64,000 nucleotides of DNA from Diplonema japonicum (GCA_964019335.1 OZ025684.1:186001-250000); one strand, 5' to 3'; shown: positions 12,109 through 24,212, counted from the first letter of the stretch. The notes: a model not told the origin generated them from the letters alone. Numbers and translations: made by a program.

Positions 12109-12329
12109 TGGGGGGCTTTGATTGCAACACTAAAGTGGCGTTAAGCGTGCAACGAAGCATGAACTGTCAACTTCATTACAGGGGGCACACCTCGGCCGAG
12201 CTGTAGCTTCTTCTGCATCAACTCAACCCTAGCCGGGCACCCTGCATACGTTCTTCCACTCGGGCGCTACCGGTGACACCGACGAGGAGGATTTGATGTA
12301 CTTCCCATATTTCCATGTCATCCCCACCA
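12109..12329 (-). mobile_element. Ribozyme-SINE copy C (tail type 2; multiple deletions)
   Basis: Block-wise match to copy E, in tandem with copy B. Confidence 0.8.
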
Positions 12330-12356
12330 ATAAAACAAAGAATTAAAAAGAATTTG

Positions 12357-13885
12357 ATAAATTTCGGTGTGCGGGTGGGTGCTCACCGTTCAGGGAGAAA
12401 TTCACACTAATCGGTCACCGTTCTGGTTGCTGTCTGGTGCCTGCGGTGGCTGTTTGTCGCGATGAGATGGACGGCATCTGGGCGAGAAACATTGCTTGGA
12501 GTCGTGCTAGGTAGGGGGGGGTTTGGCTCGAGGAGAAGAGTGGTCTCCTGTCGCAGCCGTGTGTCGTCGGGCCTCCAAGATGTCGAAGGGTGTGTACCCT
12601 TGTCTTTGCGTTGGCGGGGAAAGCATTCTTCCCACTCTTTGCTGTGCACTTCTGAATACGTCCTAAGATGTATCGCATCCTTCCAGCCTTCTCTGTGAGC
12701 CAGTCCTGGTCGTCGAGGGGTCCAGCCAAGGACTGTCGGGTGGCCTGCTCATAGTCTACTGCGAGCTCCATCGTCGTGACGGACGTCAACTTCCTGCCTG
12801 CGTACCATCTTAGGCTTTTCAGCCACCTGAGGACGCTCTTTATGTAGAACATTAGGACCTTTCCCGACGCTCCGTTCGATTTAACAGCTCCACTGTGGGC
12901 ACAGTGTGCTGCTTCCCCGTTGTGATCTCATCCCACGGGTTGGTGGTGAGGATTCTGGTGCTCCGTTCAGCCGCTCTGGCGTCTCGTCTTGACACGACAT
13001 CCAACAGGTATCGTTGCACGACTGCCGCCTGTTGCTTCGCAGCCCCCGTTGCGCCCCTTGGAATGATCCCGTGGAGGGCGGTCACTGCAGGTAGGTCACT
13101 TCGTGTCATCCCGCCATATCTTTCGTTTGTCAGGGCAGCTCTCGCTGGTGCACATTCCCACAGGGCGTGCTCCGTGACTTCTGTCGTCGTCTGGCATCGA
13201 TGGTCGCAGACGTCGCACGCAAGAGACGAGCTTTCCACACCCTCACGTTCATCCAATTGCTTCCCCCACACTCGAGGGTGTACCGTGAACACTGCATCGC
13301 TGATGATCCGCCGCAGTCTGTACGATATCAGCGGTCTCCGTGACTGGAGCTTCCTCCACCAGGCGTTCGTGGACGGACATGCACCCGCTTCCATTCCAGC
13401 AAAAGACGACCTGCCGTGGATCAATTCCTTTGCAACAGCCGGTCTGATCGCCTGTCTTACTTCATGGCGTCTCGCACTGGGCACCAGAGCGCGCAAACCT
13501 TCAATGAAGGACCACCCCTTGTTCAGGAAGGGTAGCCACCTCTTCAGCAAGACCCCTAGCGGCCCCCTCTCCTCGTCGTACTCTCGCTCCCGGTACAGTG
13601 TAACAATCTCATTGACTCGCTGCCACAGCTGTGGGGAGGTGAGGCTTTCTCGCACCAGGCAGTTCACCGTGTTGTATACAATCTTCGCTTGTGGATATGC
13701 TGTGTGTCCAGGTAACAGCACATTGAGCACAGCCATCGGGGATCTCATCCTGAAGCGCGGCCCCTACAGGGAAGTCACCGTCGCCGTACAGAGCTTCTTC
13801 AGCTGGTTGTCAGACGGCGCAGCGTAGGTCGTACCGTATAGACAGGATGGTAGCACAGTGCCCGTCAGCATTGACGCCTTGTTCC
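12357..13885 (-). mobile_element. 5'-truncated, degenerate LINE family B
   Basis: Protein homologous to LINE-A (LPSCLY, RSP.AVL.V.LPGH, CDVC...EHALWEC, LRW...TTMELAVDYE); stop codon at 13764 and frameshift at ~12852. Confidence 0.88.
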
Positions 13886-14852
13886 CGAAAAAATATTTTT
13901 TAAAATAATTCGCATTTTTTTTTTTAAAGTCAGAGCCAGAGAAGTTTGCCCACACTTAAGCTCTTTCCAAAAAAAGAAGTCCACAGGATGCTGGATGATC
14001 CACGATCAAACCGCCCCCTATATTTCTTTCTAAGAAAAGGAATCGCGCTGACAAAGAGAGCAGGGGGGGGGGGAACAAAAAAATAAATAGAAAAGAAATC
14101 TCGGAAAATCACCAAACAAGCAGAGTGGTTCAGAACAATACACGAAACACCTACCATGTGGGAATCAGAAATAGAAGGGGAGGGAAGAAAAAAAAGATTC
14201 AAATTAACCATCTACCAACGGACCATTTTTGCCCACCGGGGGTAAATTTTCAAAACTTCAAAAAAAACTATTCTAGCGCAACGCTGGGGCTATATGCCCA
14301 CGGAAATGCCTCCAGATGTCCCAATTCTAGAGAGAGGGTGCCCACAGCAGGGCCCACCCCACAACATTGTCAAAAATATCGTTCCCGAAGTGCTCGAGAG
14401 GGGGTACAAAAAACAAGTCAAAAAAAATCGACTGTAAAATTCTATTAGGCCTTCTTGACGCGGTTCGTACGTGCCCCAGGGCTGGGGGACTTCTTTTTTG
14501 ACCCCGAGAGGGGTTTCTGGGGGGTATCCCCGGCAAGGTGGTAGTCTTTGAAGCACGGAGTCACGCAAAGTTGTACCAAGCAGGCTGAACACTGAAATAG
14601 GGGTGCCCTTTTTTGAAGTGATTTTTAAGGGTAAATTTGGGCTGGCGTTTTTTTTTATTTTTTCATTTTCTTGCAAAGTTAGGGCGGCATTTAGTTTATA
14701 TTTTTCATATTTTCCGCGCATGACCCCGGATGCGAGAAGTGTCCGGGCTGTATTGCACTGAAAGCCCTTTGCGCAAAAGATTTTTTTTCAAATCGTCTCT
14801 ATAAAGACGCTCGTTGGTAGATGGTTAAAAAAAAAAAGAATTCAATAAAGTT

Positions 14853-17615
14853 TTAGCTCTCATCTGTCGGCTCGACAAGCAACGACTGTTGCAGTGCCTC
14901 ACATGTGATGTATATTTCTGGAATTGCACAAAACAGTGAATGTTCCACCTTCTTAAGCTCATGGTCTTCTTTGCTTTTCCAGTAACTTGTTTGCATGCTG
15001 AGCCTTGACCCAGTTTTAAGGAGGTACAGCTCCGCCAAGCAGTCCGTCAGTGACTTCATCAGCAGCAACGCAAACGTGTACTCAAGAAGCTTCCCTGCGC
15101 TAGAAAAGCTCCAATGGTCCAGCTCCCCCAGGTAGTACCCCAACCCTTGCAGGAGCACCGCAGTGCCTTGAAGCGAGTGCGAGAGAAACCCAAACACAGA
15201 GTCCCTCGGCCTTGCATGAGGCCATACAGCCCCCTCCAGTACCGCAAGAATGAAGAATATCACAGAAGCGAACACACAGACATGACCACACCCTGTGTAG
15301 TTCTCAGGGTGGAGTGCGTAGATCCCACTCAGTGCCAATGCCGCCATCGCCTCGAAGAGCCAGAACCATGCCACCTCCTGCCGGTAGGTCCGCATCACAG
15401 ATGAGTACCGCTGCACCCAATGACGCTCAGGGTGCCGCGACACCCACTCCCCTTCACCGAGGAAGATGCGCTCAACTGAACCTCGTTCGTCATTAACCAC
15501 GTACAGTGCATCGGCAGGGACACCACGCCGTGTCACGAAGAACATCAACACTGGGACCCCAACACACCCAGCACCGGAAACAAGACCCAAGAGGAAGCCA
15601 GCAACAGAAGGTGGCTCCATTAAAAGGCCCGTTGCACCGTAGCATGTTCCAAGGAAGAAGACTTGGAAGACAAGAAGGGGCGAACTGGGAAGGCGAAGGA
15701 GGCCCTGTGTGTCCAGTGCCGCGAACAGTCCAAGCTTTCCTCCTCGTCGCTGTCCGAGGGCGTGGACGGTCCTCAGAACGAGGTAGCAAACGAAGGCAAA
15801 CCCAACCATGATGGCGGTGTTCCCCACCACAACCCCAGCGTCCTCACTCCCGAACAGCTCCATCTGCGTCGGGTGCAGCAGCCAAGGGAGATCCTTCCTT
15901 CCGTTGAGGTTGCACCCACTGCTCACCATCACGAGCACACCTGCAGAAGGGGCAGCGCCCCCGCCACCCAGTACCCCCCCCAGGACACCCAGCGTGCCTG
16001 CTGCTTCCACTGCTTTCGTCTTCAGTACAGCTTTAGCACCGAGTTCTGGTGTTGCTTTTAGTTCGGCCTTGTCAGGTACAGGTGTACTCGGAGCAAGGGT
16101 GGGGACAGATGTGTACGGCTTAGGCGAGGCGGGTGCTATGGATGCTGGTGGCCACGTGCTGGGCTGGAGGGTATCGGGTGTCGTTGTTGTGGGGGGAGAA
16201 GTCGGAGCTTGTGTGGCCTGCACAGTCCTGGGCTGTGCCGTGGGAACAAATGTGGGTGTCCGTGTGATTGGCGAGAAGGTTCCCGGGGCAGCTGTGGCTG
16301 GTGCTGGTGCCGTTGTACCGGGTAACAGGGTAGTAGTGGTTCCAGGTGCCTTGGTTGCTGGAGTCCCGGTGCTTGGCACGTTCGTCACAGGAACAGAGGT
16401 ACGAGGGGGCGGTGCTGGGGTTCTGGGAGCCCCGGTGGTCCCTGGGGGTGGCACAAGGGTTGCAGGTGCTTGGGTGCTGGGGACAACTGTGTAGGGCGAT
16501 GCCGTGTCGGGTGCCAAGGTCACAGGCACTTGGGTGCTGGGCGCTGCCGTGTCGGGAGCCCCTGTTGCCCCTGGAGACAAGGTGTAGGGTGGCAAGGTTG
16601 CAGGTGCTTGGGTGCTGGGGACAACTGTGTCGGGTGCTGCCGTGTCGGGGGCTTGTGTTTGCGGAGATCTTGTGTCGGGAAAAGGAGTGCTGGGAGCGCC
16701 AGTTATGCCAGGTGGCGGTAAAGGGGTATCGGGAACGGGTGAAGCAGGTGGGATGGTGGCTGGAGCTGCTGTGTCTGGAGCAGATGTGGAGGGGAAAGCC
16801 GTGTTCGGAGTAAAAGTATCAGGGGCTGATGTAGCTGGGGGCTGAGTATCGGGAACTTGTGTTGCAGGAACCAAAGTGCTTGGCGCACTGGTCGGAGGCA
16901 TTGCGGTGTCGGGTGCTGCAGTGGAAGGGAAAGGCGTGCTTGGAACAAGAGTATCTGGAACTTGTGTTGCAGGTGCTAAAGTAACCGGTGCAACGGTCGT
17001 GCCAGGTAGAGGCACTGGGGTGTCGGGTGCTGCAGTGGAAGGGAATGGCGTGCTTGGAACAAGAGTATCAGGAGCTGGTGTAGCTGGTGGGGGCGTGTCG
17101 GGTGCTGCCGTGTCAGGTGCAGCAGTATCAGGAGCTGGTGTAGCTGGGGTCGAAGTATCAGGTGCCAAAGTATCTGGCGCACTGGTCGGAGGCATTGCGG
17201 TGTTGGGCGCTGCAGTGACAGGGGAAGGCGTATCAGGAGCTAACGTAATTGGGGGCTGTGTTGGAGGCGTGCTGGTAAAAGGTACTGGGGTGGGAACTGC
17301 AGACAGCTGCATAGCCGGCACTGCTGTATCAGGTGCAATAGTGGCAGAGATGTTGCAATTAGGCCCAGCCCAACCTGTAAAACAGGCACTACCCGCTGTG
17401 CAGCGATCGCAATCCTTAAGAGACTGGTGCCCGCATTCATGACAGCCACTCAAGAAGGGGCACCCTCCCTTTAGACAACAGGTCCCCTCAAATGGCGTAG
17501 TGATAGCGACAATCTCGCACGTGCCCTTCTTTGACTCCCAACCTAGGCTGCCAAGGCACTCGCATTCGTCAGATATACTGAAGGTAGCGAAGGATGAAAG
17601 GATAGTAAATAACAT
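14853..17615 (-). CDS. Array gene 1: Cys-rich/mucin-stalk/multi-TM surface protein, 920 aa
   Basis: Short signal peptide, Cys-rich tip, PxT repeats, C-terminal LHPTQ...AGVVVGN...RYSSVMRTYR...WPH domain with about 7 TM segments. Confidence 0.9.
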   Translation of the reverse strand: MLFTILSSFATFSISDECECLGSLGWESKKGTCEIVAITTPFEGTCCLKGGCPFLSGCHECGHQSLKDCDRCTAGSACFTGWAGPNCNISATIAPDTAVPAMQLSAVPTPVPFTSTPPTQPPITLAPDTPSPVTAAPNTAMPPTSAPDTLAPDTSTPATPAPDTAAPDTAAPDTPPPATPAPDTLVPSTPFPSTAAPDTPVPLPGTTVAPVTLAPATQVPDTLVPSTPFPSTAAPDTAMPPTSAPSTLVPATQVPDTQPPATSAPDTFTPNTAFPSTSAPDTAAPATIPPASPVPDTPLPPPGITGAPSTPFPDTRSPQTQAPDTAAPDTVVPSTQAPATLPPYTLSPGATGAPDTAAPSTQVPVTLAPDTASPYTVVPSTQAPATLVPPPGTTGAPRTPAPPPRTSVPVTNVPSTGTPATKAPGTTTTLLPGTTAPAPATAAPGTFSPITRTPTFVPTAQPRTVQATQAPTSPPTTTTPDTLQPSTWPPASIAPASPKPYTSVPTLAPSTPVPDKAELKATPELGAKAVLKTKAVEAAGTLGVLGGVLGGGGAAPSAGVLVMVSSGCNLNGRKDLPWLLHPTQMELFGSEDAGVVVGNTAIMVGFAFVCYLVLRTVHALGQRRGGKLGLFAALDTQGLLRLPSSPLLVFQVFFLGTCYGATGLLMEPPSVAGFLLGLVSGAGCVGVPVLMFFVTRRGVPADALYVVNDERGSVERIFLGEGEWVSRHPERHWVQRYSSVMRTYRQEVAWFWLFEAMAALALSGIYALHPENYTGCGHVCVFASVIFFILAVLEGAVWPHARPRDSVFGFLSHSLQGTAVLLQGLGYYLGELDHWSFSSAGKLLEYTFALLLMKSLTDCLAELYLLKTGSRLSMQTSYWKSKEDHELKKVEHSLFCAIPEIYITCEALQQSLLVEPTDES

Positions 17616-17927
17616 GAGTTAGATCAAAAAGATACCTGATTTGTGTGTTTCTTATTTTTTTCTTGCCCATGTTCCAAAAGAAGTTAGAACTATTTTTGCA
17701 GTGTCATGGAAGAATGGCCGCAGTCTCCAAATAAGGAGCTGTTTGGGCAGACGAGAACAAAGGCCTCCGTGGCCGTGCATCGCTGGTGAGCACAGATTGT
17801 ATCTGGTCTTCATTTCTGCCGGAAAGGCGGCGCATGTCTGCAGAAAAGAATAAAAGTGAGAAGTTAAAAAAGAAGAATGGGTGGGTCTTCAGAAAAAAGA
17901 GCTAATAAAAGAAAAACAAATACTGTA

Positions 17928-18312
17928 CTGCAAAGCGAAAAATGCCGGAAGGGGAAAATACCGACCAATGGGTGCTCATGAACTACTAGCTCAAGGTACC
18001 TTTCTTCGAGTTGAAGGGGAAAAGAAAAACAAAAAAAAGAAATATCGAACGAAAACAAACGTTACGGGTGTTCGGTGGCCAGTTTCTTGCTTCTTCTGCT
18101 CCCTATGCCCCTGGGCGGAGGTGATGCCTTGAGCCTGATGACCACATCCTGCTGATGGTTTATGACCTGCCATACAACAGACCTCTTCTTGAAGATAGTG
18201 ATCTCACCATAAGCCCCTCAGCTGAAAAAGTTTCCGGTGGAGAAAAATGCCGGAAGAGAAAAATGCTAAAAAGCCCGAATATTTTTCTCTTCCGGACCTT
18301 TTCGTTTTACAG
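17928..18312. mobile_element. pogo-related MITE
   Basis: TA|CTGCAAAGCGAAAA...TTTTCGTTTTACAG|TA with ccggaag motifs. Confidence 0.68.
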
Positions 18313-19653
18313 TAATAAAAAAAAAAAAAAAAAAAAAAAAGAAGTAGAGAGAAATCTTTTTTTCCCTTGTTTGTTTCCCTCTTTTTCTTTTTCTTCTTTT
18401 TTTTTTTTTGTATTCTTCCCTCAGCTTCATTGCTGTTAACACCCATGAAAATGAAAGCAAACAATAGTCGTTTCTTTTTTTTCTTTTTTTTTTTTTCAAA
18501 CAAAAAAAAAAGGGAGAGATATAAAAAAAAAAAAAAAAAGAAGTGCACTGTGTTCATTCCCAGCTATTGTTTTTAATAGCAAATCTTTTGAATTATTCTT
18601 ACGGAGGGGGAAGGCTGTGTTGTTTGTGCAAAGTTTAAAAAAAAAGAAAAAAAAAAGGAGCAGAATGGATGTATCTTGGTCATTCCGACTCTTTCTAATT
18701 CTGTTGTTTAGTAAAAAAAAGAAAATGAGCTGAAGGAGGTCATTGCGACGCTCCCGTAAGAGAGACTTACGCATGCTTGCTTGCTGAAGCAAAATCGGAG
18801 TGGTAAGGCCATGCACTATCGATTTTAACTATTTTCTTTTCTTTCTTGGGCGGGAATTGTACCAAGGGAAACGTGAAATCATCAAAAAAAGAAAATTCGT
18901 TTTGGGAAAACTTCACAGGACTCCGCTCACTCAAGAAAAAGAAAAAAAAAAGAAAAGTTTTTTTTTTTTTTTTTGTGTCTTAAAAAAACACAAACCTAAA
19001 TTACGGCGAATATAAATGCTAGCCCTTTATTCTTTTTTGATTCATTTTTTCTTGCTTCTCCTATGACGGGCGCCAGAAAGAAAAATCGTTTAAACAATAG
19101 TTAGCACTTGATAAAAAAAATGAAAATGCGCTGCTCAAGCTAGAGAAAACGGAGCAGCAGAAGAAGGCCCCCTGACAAACGTACTGGCCAAGGGGGGGGG
19201 AAGAACAAGATAAAAACAATAGGAAGGGAAGGTTCATAAATCATCAGAGCGGACGTAATGCCTTAGAGTCGTTGAAGATGGCTGACATAAATAATGCAAG
19301 ATTTGAGAAAAACGAAAAAAGAAAAAAAAAAGAATATGTCAGGCCAACGACCACAGTTTTTAAAGTACCGCCTCACTCATAATATCGAAACGATTTACAT
19401 CGAAGGCCACAAACACCACTCCCTATTAGCAAAAAAAAAAAAAAAAGAATAATTCTTTATGACTATATGTCTTTGTTGTTCGCACGAGCAAAAAAGATTT
19501 TAAAAAGCTGCGAAAGTCTTTTGCTCGGCACAAGTTGCATAAAGTTATAAAATCATTTTTTGAAAGATAAATATTTGTAACAAAAAAAAAAAGAAGTTAA
19601 AGAAAGAAACAAAAAGAAAGGGGGGGAGAAAAAAAGAAGAAGAAAAAAGTTGG

Positions 19654-22600
19654 TCAAATCCGTACAAGTAACGGCTGAGCACGTGGTGCCACAGCTGTTA
19701 TGCTAATTTCTGGAATTGCACAAAACAGACGTTCCTGCTCAAGCCCAAGCTCCTCTTCTTTGCTTTTCCAGTAACTTGTTTGCATGCTGAGCCTTGACCC
19801 AGTTTTAAGGAGGTACAGCTCCGCCAAGCAGTCCGTCAGTGACTTCATCAGCAGCAACGCAAACGTGAACTCAAGAAGCTTCCCTGCGCTAGAAAAGCTC
19901 CAATGGTCATCCAGCTCCCCCAGGTAGTACCCCAACCCTTGCAGGAGCACCGCAGTGCCTTGAAGCGAGTGCGAGAGAAACCCAAACACAGAGTCCCTCG
20001 GCCTTGCATGAGGCCATACAGCCCCCTGTAGTATCGCAAGAACGAAGAAAATTGCAGAAGCGGACATACAGACATGACCACACCCTGTGTAGTTCTCAGG
20101 GTGGACTGCGTAGATCCCACTCAGTGCCAATGCCGCCATTGCCTCGAAGAGCCAGAACCATGCCACCTCCTGCCGGTAGGTCCGCATCACAGATGAGTAC
20201 CGCTGCACCCAATGACGCTCAGGGTGCCGCGACACCCACTCCCCTTCACCGAGGAAGATGCGCTCAGCTGAACGTCGCGAGTAGCACGTCACGTACAGTG
20301 CATCGGCAGGGACACCACGCCGTGCCACGAAGAACATCAACACAGGGACACCAACACACCCAGCACCGGAAACAAGACCCAAGAGGAAGCCAGCAACAGA
20401 AGGCGGCTCTATTAAAAGGCCCGTAGCACCGTAGCATGTTCCAAGGAAGAAGACTTGGAAGACAACAAGAGGTGCACTGGGAAGGCGAAGGAGGCCCTGT
20501 GTGTCCAGTGCCGCGGACTGCATCCTCCCAATCATCAGAACGAGGTAGCAAACGAAGGCAAACCCAACCATGATGGCGGTGTTCCCCACCACAACCCCAG
20601 CGTCCTCACTCCCGAACAGCTCCATCTGTGTAGGGTGCAGCAGCCACGACAGCTTCTTCCTTCCGTTGAGGTTGCACCCACTGCTCACCATCACGAGCAT
20701 ACCCGCGGAGGCTGCATTCCCACCACCCAGAGCACCCCCTACAGTACCTGAAGCGCTTATTATCGCCATGGTTTTTCTATTTCTGAAAAGAACGGTTTCT
20801 CCAAGTTCAGGTATTCCTGGTGCAGGAGTGGGTACTGCTGTCTCAGAGCTTGACACGTTTGTCACAGGAGCAGAGGTTCGAGGGGGAGAGGTGGGCGGTG
20901 CTGGGGTACTGGGTGCTCCAGTTGTCCCTGGCACAAGGTTGCTGGGTGGCAGGGTTGCAGGTGCCTTGGTGCTGGGGACAACTGTGCCAGACGCTGCAAT
21001 GACGGGTGCTAAGGTCACAGGCACTTGGGTGTCGGGTGCTGCCGTGTCGGGGGCTTGTGTTTGCGGAGATCTTGTGTCGGGAAAAGGAGTGCTGGGAGCG
21101 CCAGTTATGCCAGGTGGCGGTAAAGGGGTATCGGGAACGGGTGAAGCAGGTGGGATGGTGGCTGGAGCTGCTGTGTCTGGAGCAGATGTGGAGGGGAAAG
21201 CCGTGTTCGGAGTAAAAGTATCAGGGGCTGATGTAGCTGGGGGCTGAGTATCGGGAACTTGTGTTGCAGGAACCAAAGTGCTTGGCGCACTGGTCGGAGG
21301 CATTGCGGTGTCGGGTGCTGCAGTGGAAGGGAAAGGCGTGCTTGGAACAAGAGTATCTGGAACTTGTGTTGCAGGTGCTAAAGTAACCGGTGCAACGGTC
21401 GTGCCAGGTAGAGGCACTGGGGTGTCGGGTGCTGCAGTGGAAGGGAATGGCGTGCTTGGAACAAGAGTATCAGGAGCTGGTGTAGCTGGTGGGGGCGTGT
21501 CGGGTGCTGCCGTGTCAGGTGCAGCAGTATCAGGTGCAGAAGTAGTAGGGGGCCGTGTATCGGGAGCTTGTGTTGAAGGTGCAGGAGTGCTCGGTGCAGC
21601 AGTAGTAGGGGGCCGTGTATCGGGAGCTTGGGTTGCAGGTGCAAGCGTGCTTGGTGCAGCAGTATCAGGTGCAGAAGTAGTAGGGGGCCGTGTATCAGGA
21701 GCTTGAGTTGCAGGTGCAGGAGTGCTCGGTGCAGCAGTATCAGGTGCAGAAGTAGTAGGGGGCCGTGTATCGGGAGCTTGGGTTGCAGGTGCAAGCGTGC
21801 TTGGTGCAGCAGTATCAGGTGCAGAAGTAGTAGGGGGCCGTGTATCAGGAGCTTGAGTTGCAGGTGCAGGAGTGCTCGGTGCAGCAGTATCAGGTGCAGA
21901 AGTAGTAGGGGGCCGTGTATCGGGAGCTTGGGTTGCAGGTGCAAGTGTGCTTGGTGCAGCAGTATCAGGTGCAGAAGTAGTAGGGGGCCGTGTATTGGGT
22001 GCTTGGGTTGCAGGTGCAGTAGTGCTCGGTGCAGCAGTATCAGGTGCAGCAGTATCAGGTGCAGAAGTAGTAGGGGGCCGTGTATCGGGAGCTTGGGTTG
22101 CAGGTGCAGGAGTGCTCGGTGCAGCAGTATCAGGTGCAGTAGTAGTAGGGGGCCGTGTATCGGGAGCTTGTGTTGAAGGTGCAGGAGTGCTCGGTGCAGC
22201 AGTATCAGGTGCAGCAGTATCAGGTGCAGAAGTAGTAGGGGGCCGTGTATCGGGAGCTTGGGTTGCAGGTGCAGGAGTGCTCGGTGCAGCAGTATCAGGT
22301 GCAGTAGTAGTAGGGGGCCGTGTATTGGGTGCTTGGGTTGCAGGTGCAAACGTGCTTGGTGCAGCAGTATCAGGTGCAGAAGTAGTAGGGGGCTTCGTAT
22401 CTGGCGCACTGGTCGGAGGCATTGCGGTGTCTGGTGCTGCAGTGGCAGGGGAAGACGTGCTAGGGACAAGAGTGGCAGGTGCATCAGTGATGGGGATGTT
22501 GCAATCCTTCCCCGTGTAGGCCCCGAAGCAGGGGCTTCTATAGGTGCAGCGCCTGCACCTTTTGAAATCTCCCGGGGACTGCCCGCACTCATAGCAGCCA

Positions 22601-22761
22601 TTCGAGTGAGGACACCCGCCCGCTGTACAGCAGCTGCTCTCGGAAGCCGAGGTACTACCGAAGCCGACACAACTGCCAAAGGTCGTACTCCAACCCTTGT
22701 TACTGGGACAGTTGCAAGCATCAGCACCTATACTGAAGGCAGCAAGGAACGAAAGCATCAT
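19654..22761 (-). CDS. Array gene 2: Cys-rich/mucin-stalk/multi-TM surface protein, 1035 aa
   Basis: Paralogue of gene 1; start placed at MMLSF. Confidence 0.9.
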   Translation of the reverse strand: MMLSFLAAFSIGADACNCPSNKGWSTTFGSCVGFGSTSASESSCCTAGGCPHSNGCYECGQSPGDFKRCRRCTYRSPCFGAYTGKDCNIPITDAPATLVPSTSSPATAAPDTAMPPTSAPDTKPPTTSAPDTAAPSTFAPATQAPNTRPPTTTAPDTAAPSTPAPATQAPDTRPPTTSAPDTAAPDTAAPSTPAPSTQAPDTRPPTTTAPDTAAPSTPAPATQAPDTRPPTTSAPDTAAPDTAAPSTTAPATQAPNTRPPTTSAPDTAAPSTLAPATQAPDTRPPTTSAPDTAAPSTPAPATQAPDTRPPTTSAPDTAAPSTLAPATQAPDTRPPTTSAPDTAAPSTPAPATQAPDTRPPTTSAPDTAAPSTLAPATQAPDTRPPTTAAPSTPAPSTQAPDTRPPTTSAPDTAAPDTAAPDTPPPATPAPDTLVPSTPFPSTAAPDTPVPLPGTTVAPVTLAPATQVPDTLVPSTPFPSTAAPDTAMPPTSAPSTLVPATQVPDTQPPATSAPDTFTPNTAFPSTSAPDTAAPATIPPASPVPDTPLPPPGITGAPSTPFPDTRSPQTQAPDTAAPDTQVPVTLAPVIAASGTVVPSTKAPATLPPSNLVPGTTGAPSTPAPPTSPPRTSAPVTNVSSSETAVPTPAPGIPELGETVLFRNRKTMAIISASGTVGGALGGGNAASAGMLVMVSSGCNLNGRKKLSWLLHPTQMELFGSEDAGVVVGNTAIMVGFAFVCYLVLMIGRMQSAALDTQGLLRLPSAPLVVFQVFFLGTCYGATGLLIEPPSVAGFLLGLVSGAGCVGVPVLMFFVARRGVPADALYVTCYSRRSAERIFLGEGEWVSRHPERHWVQRYSSVMRTYRQEVAWFWLFEAMAALALSGIYAVHPENYTGCGHVCMSASAIFFVLAILQGAVWPHARPRDSVFGFLSHSLQGTAVLLQGLGYYLGELDDHWSFSSAGKLLEFTFALLLMKSLTDCLAELYLLKTGSRLSMQTSYWKSKEEELGLEQERLFCAIPEISITAVAPRAQPLLVRI
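21530..22390 (-). repeat. Coding minisatellite: ~75-nt units (PDTRPPTTSAPDTAAPSTPAPATQA) built of 15-nt modules
   Basis: About 11 near-identical tandem units inside gene 2. Confidence 0.9.
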
Positions 22762-23938
22762 TGATAAAAAATGGATCAAAAAGATACCTGTGAGAGTCAG
22801 GTAATAGCACCGAATAGAGGGGGAAAAAATATAAAATAAAAATAGCTGGCAAATGGTCCATCATGAAAGTCAGCAACTAAAACTGGGAGGAAAGGAAAGG
22901 GAGGTGGGAGGGCTTAAATCACCAAGTACATCAGCCACCCAACTAAGGGTAACTGCTACTTGTAGGTAATTCTTACTTTATTTTCATAGTTGTTTGTTAA
23001 AAGGGGCCGGCAGCGTTGAGAGTCAGATACGAATAGCGACCCCTCCCCATAAGCTCTTGGCTTTTCGTTTTTCCTTTTTTTTTCGTTCGGAGTTTTTATA
23101 AAAAGATAGGGGAAAAGGGGGGGGGGAGTATTTTAAAAAGAACTGCACCTTTTCCCTTTTCCAAGTACTTTTTTTTGCTTTTGGGTGCCCCGCCTCTTTT
23201 AAAGAATAAGAAGAAGAAGAAGAAGAAAAACGTGTTCGGTCGGGTTAAAAACCCGTCCCCTAAAGGTGACCAACAAAACCAGAACAGTTTTTTTCTCCTC
23301 TTTTTTTGTCATTTCGGCTCTCAGTATCAGGAACCCCCAAAGTCAAATAATATAAAAAGAAAAAAAAAGAAGAAGAAAAGAAACCACACAAAAGAGTTTT
23401 TACGGTCTGATCACATGCAAAAGAACATGTCTTGAACATCTCTAGTCAAGCTTTTTTAACAGGTGATCAGTTATTAACGGTAGTTAAACCTCCCCCCCAT
23501 CCCCCCCCCCCGGCTGCCCCCAAGGTACAAGCGGGGCAGCACTGTTAGAAAGAAAAGGTTTTAAATATAGATTCAGAAGAGGAAAACGAAAAAAAAGGTA
23601 GAAGAATGGTAAAGATTCTAAAATACAAAGAAGAAAAAAAAGGGGGGGGGGAAAAGAAAAAAAAACAAGCAAACAAGCTACTCTGGCATTTCTATTGATA
23701 TCGTGGCTCAGTTAGCTTTTCTTTTTTTTTTCTTTTTCTTTTTTTTCCCTTTGTTTTTCCCCCCCTTAAAAAGATTTTCTTATTACCCTGGGAACACCTT
23801 CTGCATCACTACCATCTGCACCAGGCATAAAGAACTCAAAAGAAAAAAAAAACCCTAGGTTTTGCGAACTAATTATTTTTTGGGACACACCACATAAAAA
23901 GTGAACAAAATAACACGCAACTTTCCTCAAACATACGA

Positions 23939-23972
<34 letters not shown>

Positions 23973-24212
23973 AAAGAAAAAAGAGAGGGAGAAGCACTCC
24001 AAACACCGAAGTCATCACGAGTCACAGTGCTACCGTGTGCCGTGCCTTTTCCAGCCTGACCCCGACAGTGTAAGAGAGATATGCTCAGGCATGCACGACT
24101 CGACGACTCCGGCCAATGTCACTCAAAATATATTCCGCGACAATAAAAAAAAAAGAAAGAAAATATGGAGAGAAAAGAAGCAGGGGGGATTAAAAAAAAA
24201 GGGGGAGGGTTG

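Noticed and set aside
12895-13827. 310-aa + strand ORF
   Set aside because: Antisense to LINE-B coding sequence; no independent features
14200-14750. Transposon-like non-coding segment
   Set aside because: No TIRs, TSD or second copy could be defined in the window
21378-22727. 449-aa Leu/His-rich ORF and the Gly/Ala/Val-rich antisense ORFs over the stalks
   Set aside because: Alternative-frame shadows of stop-poor 15-nt coding repeats
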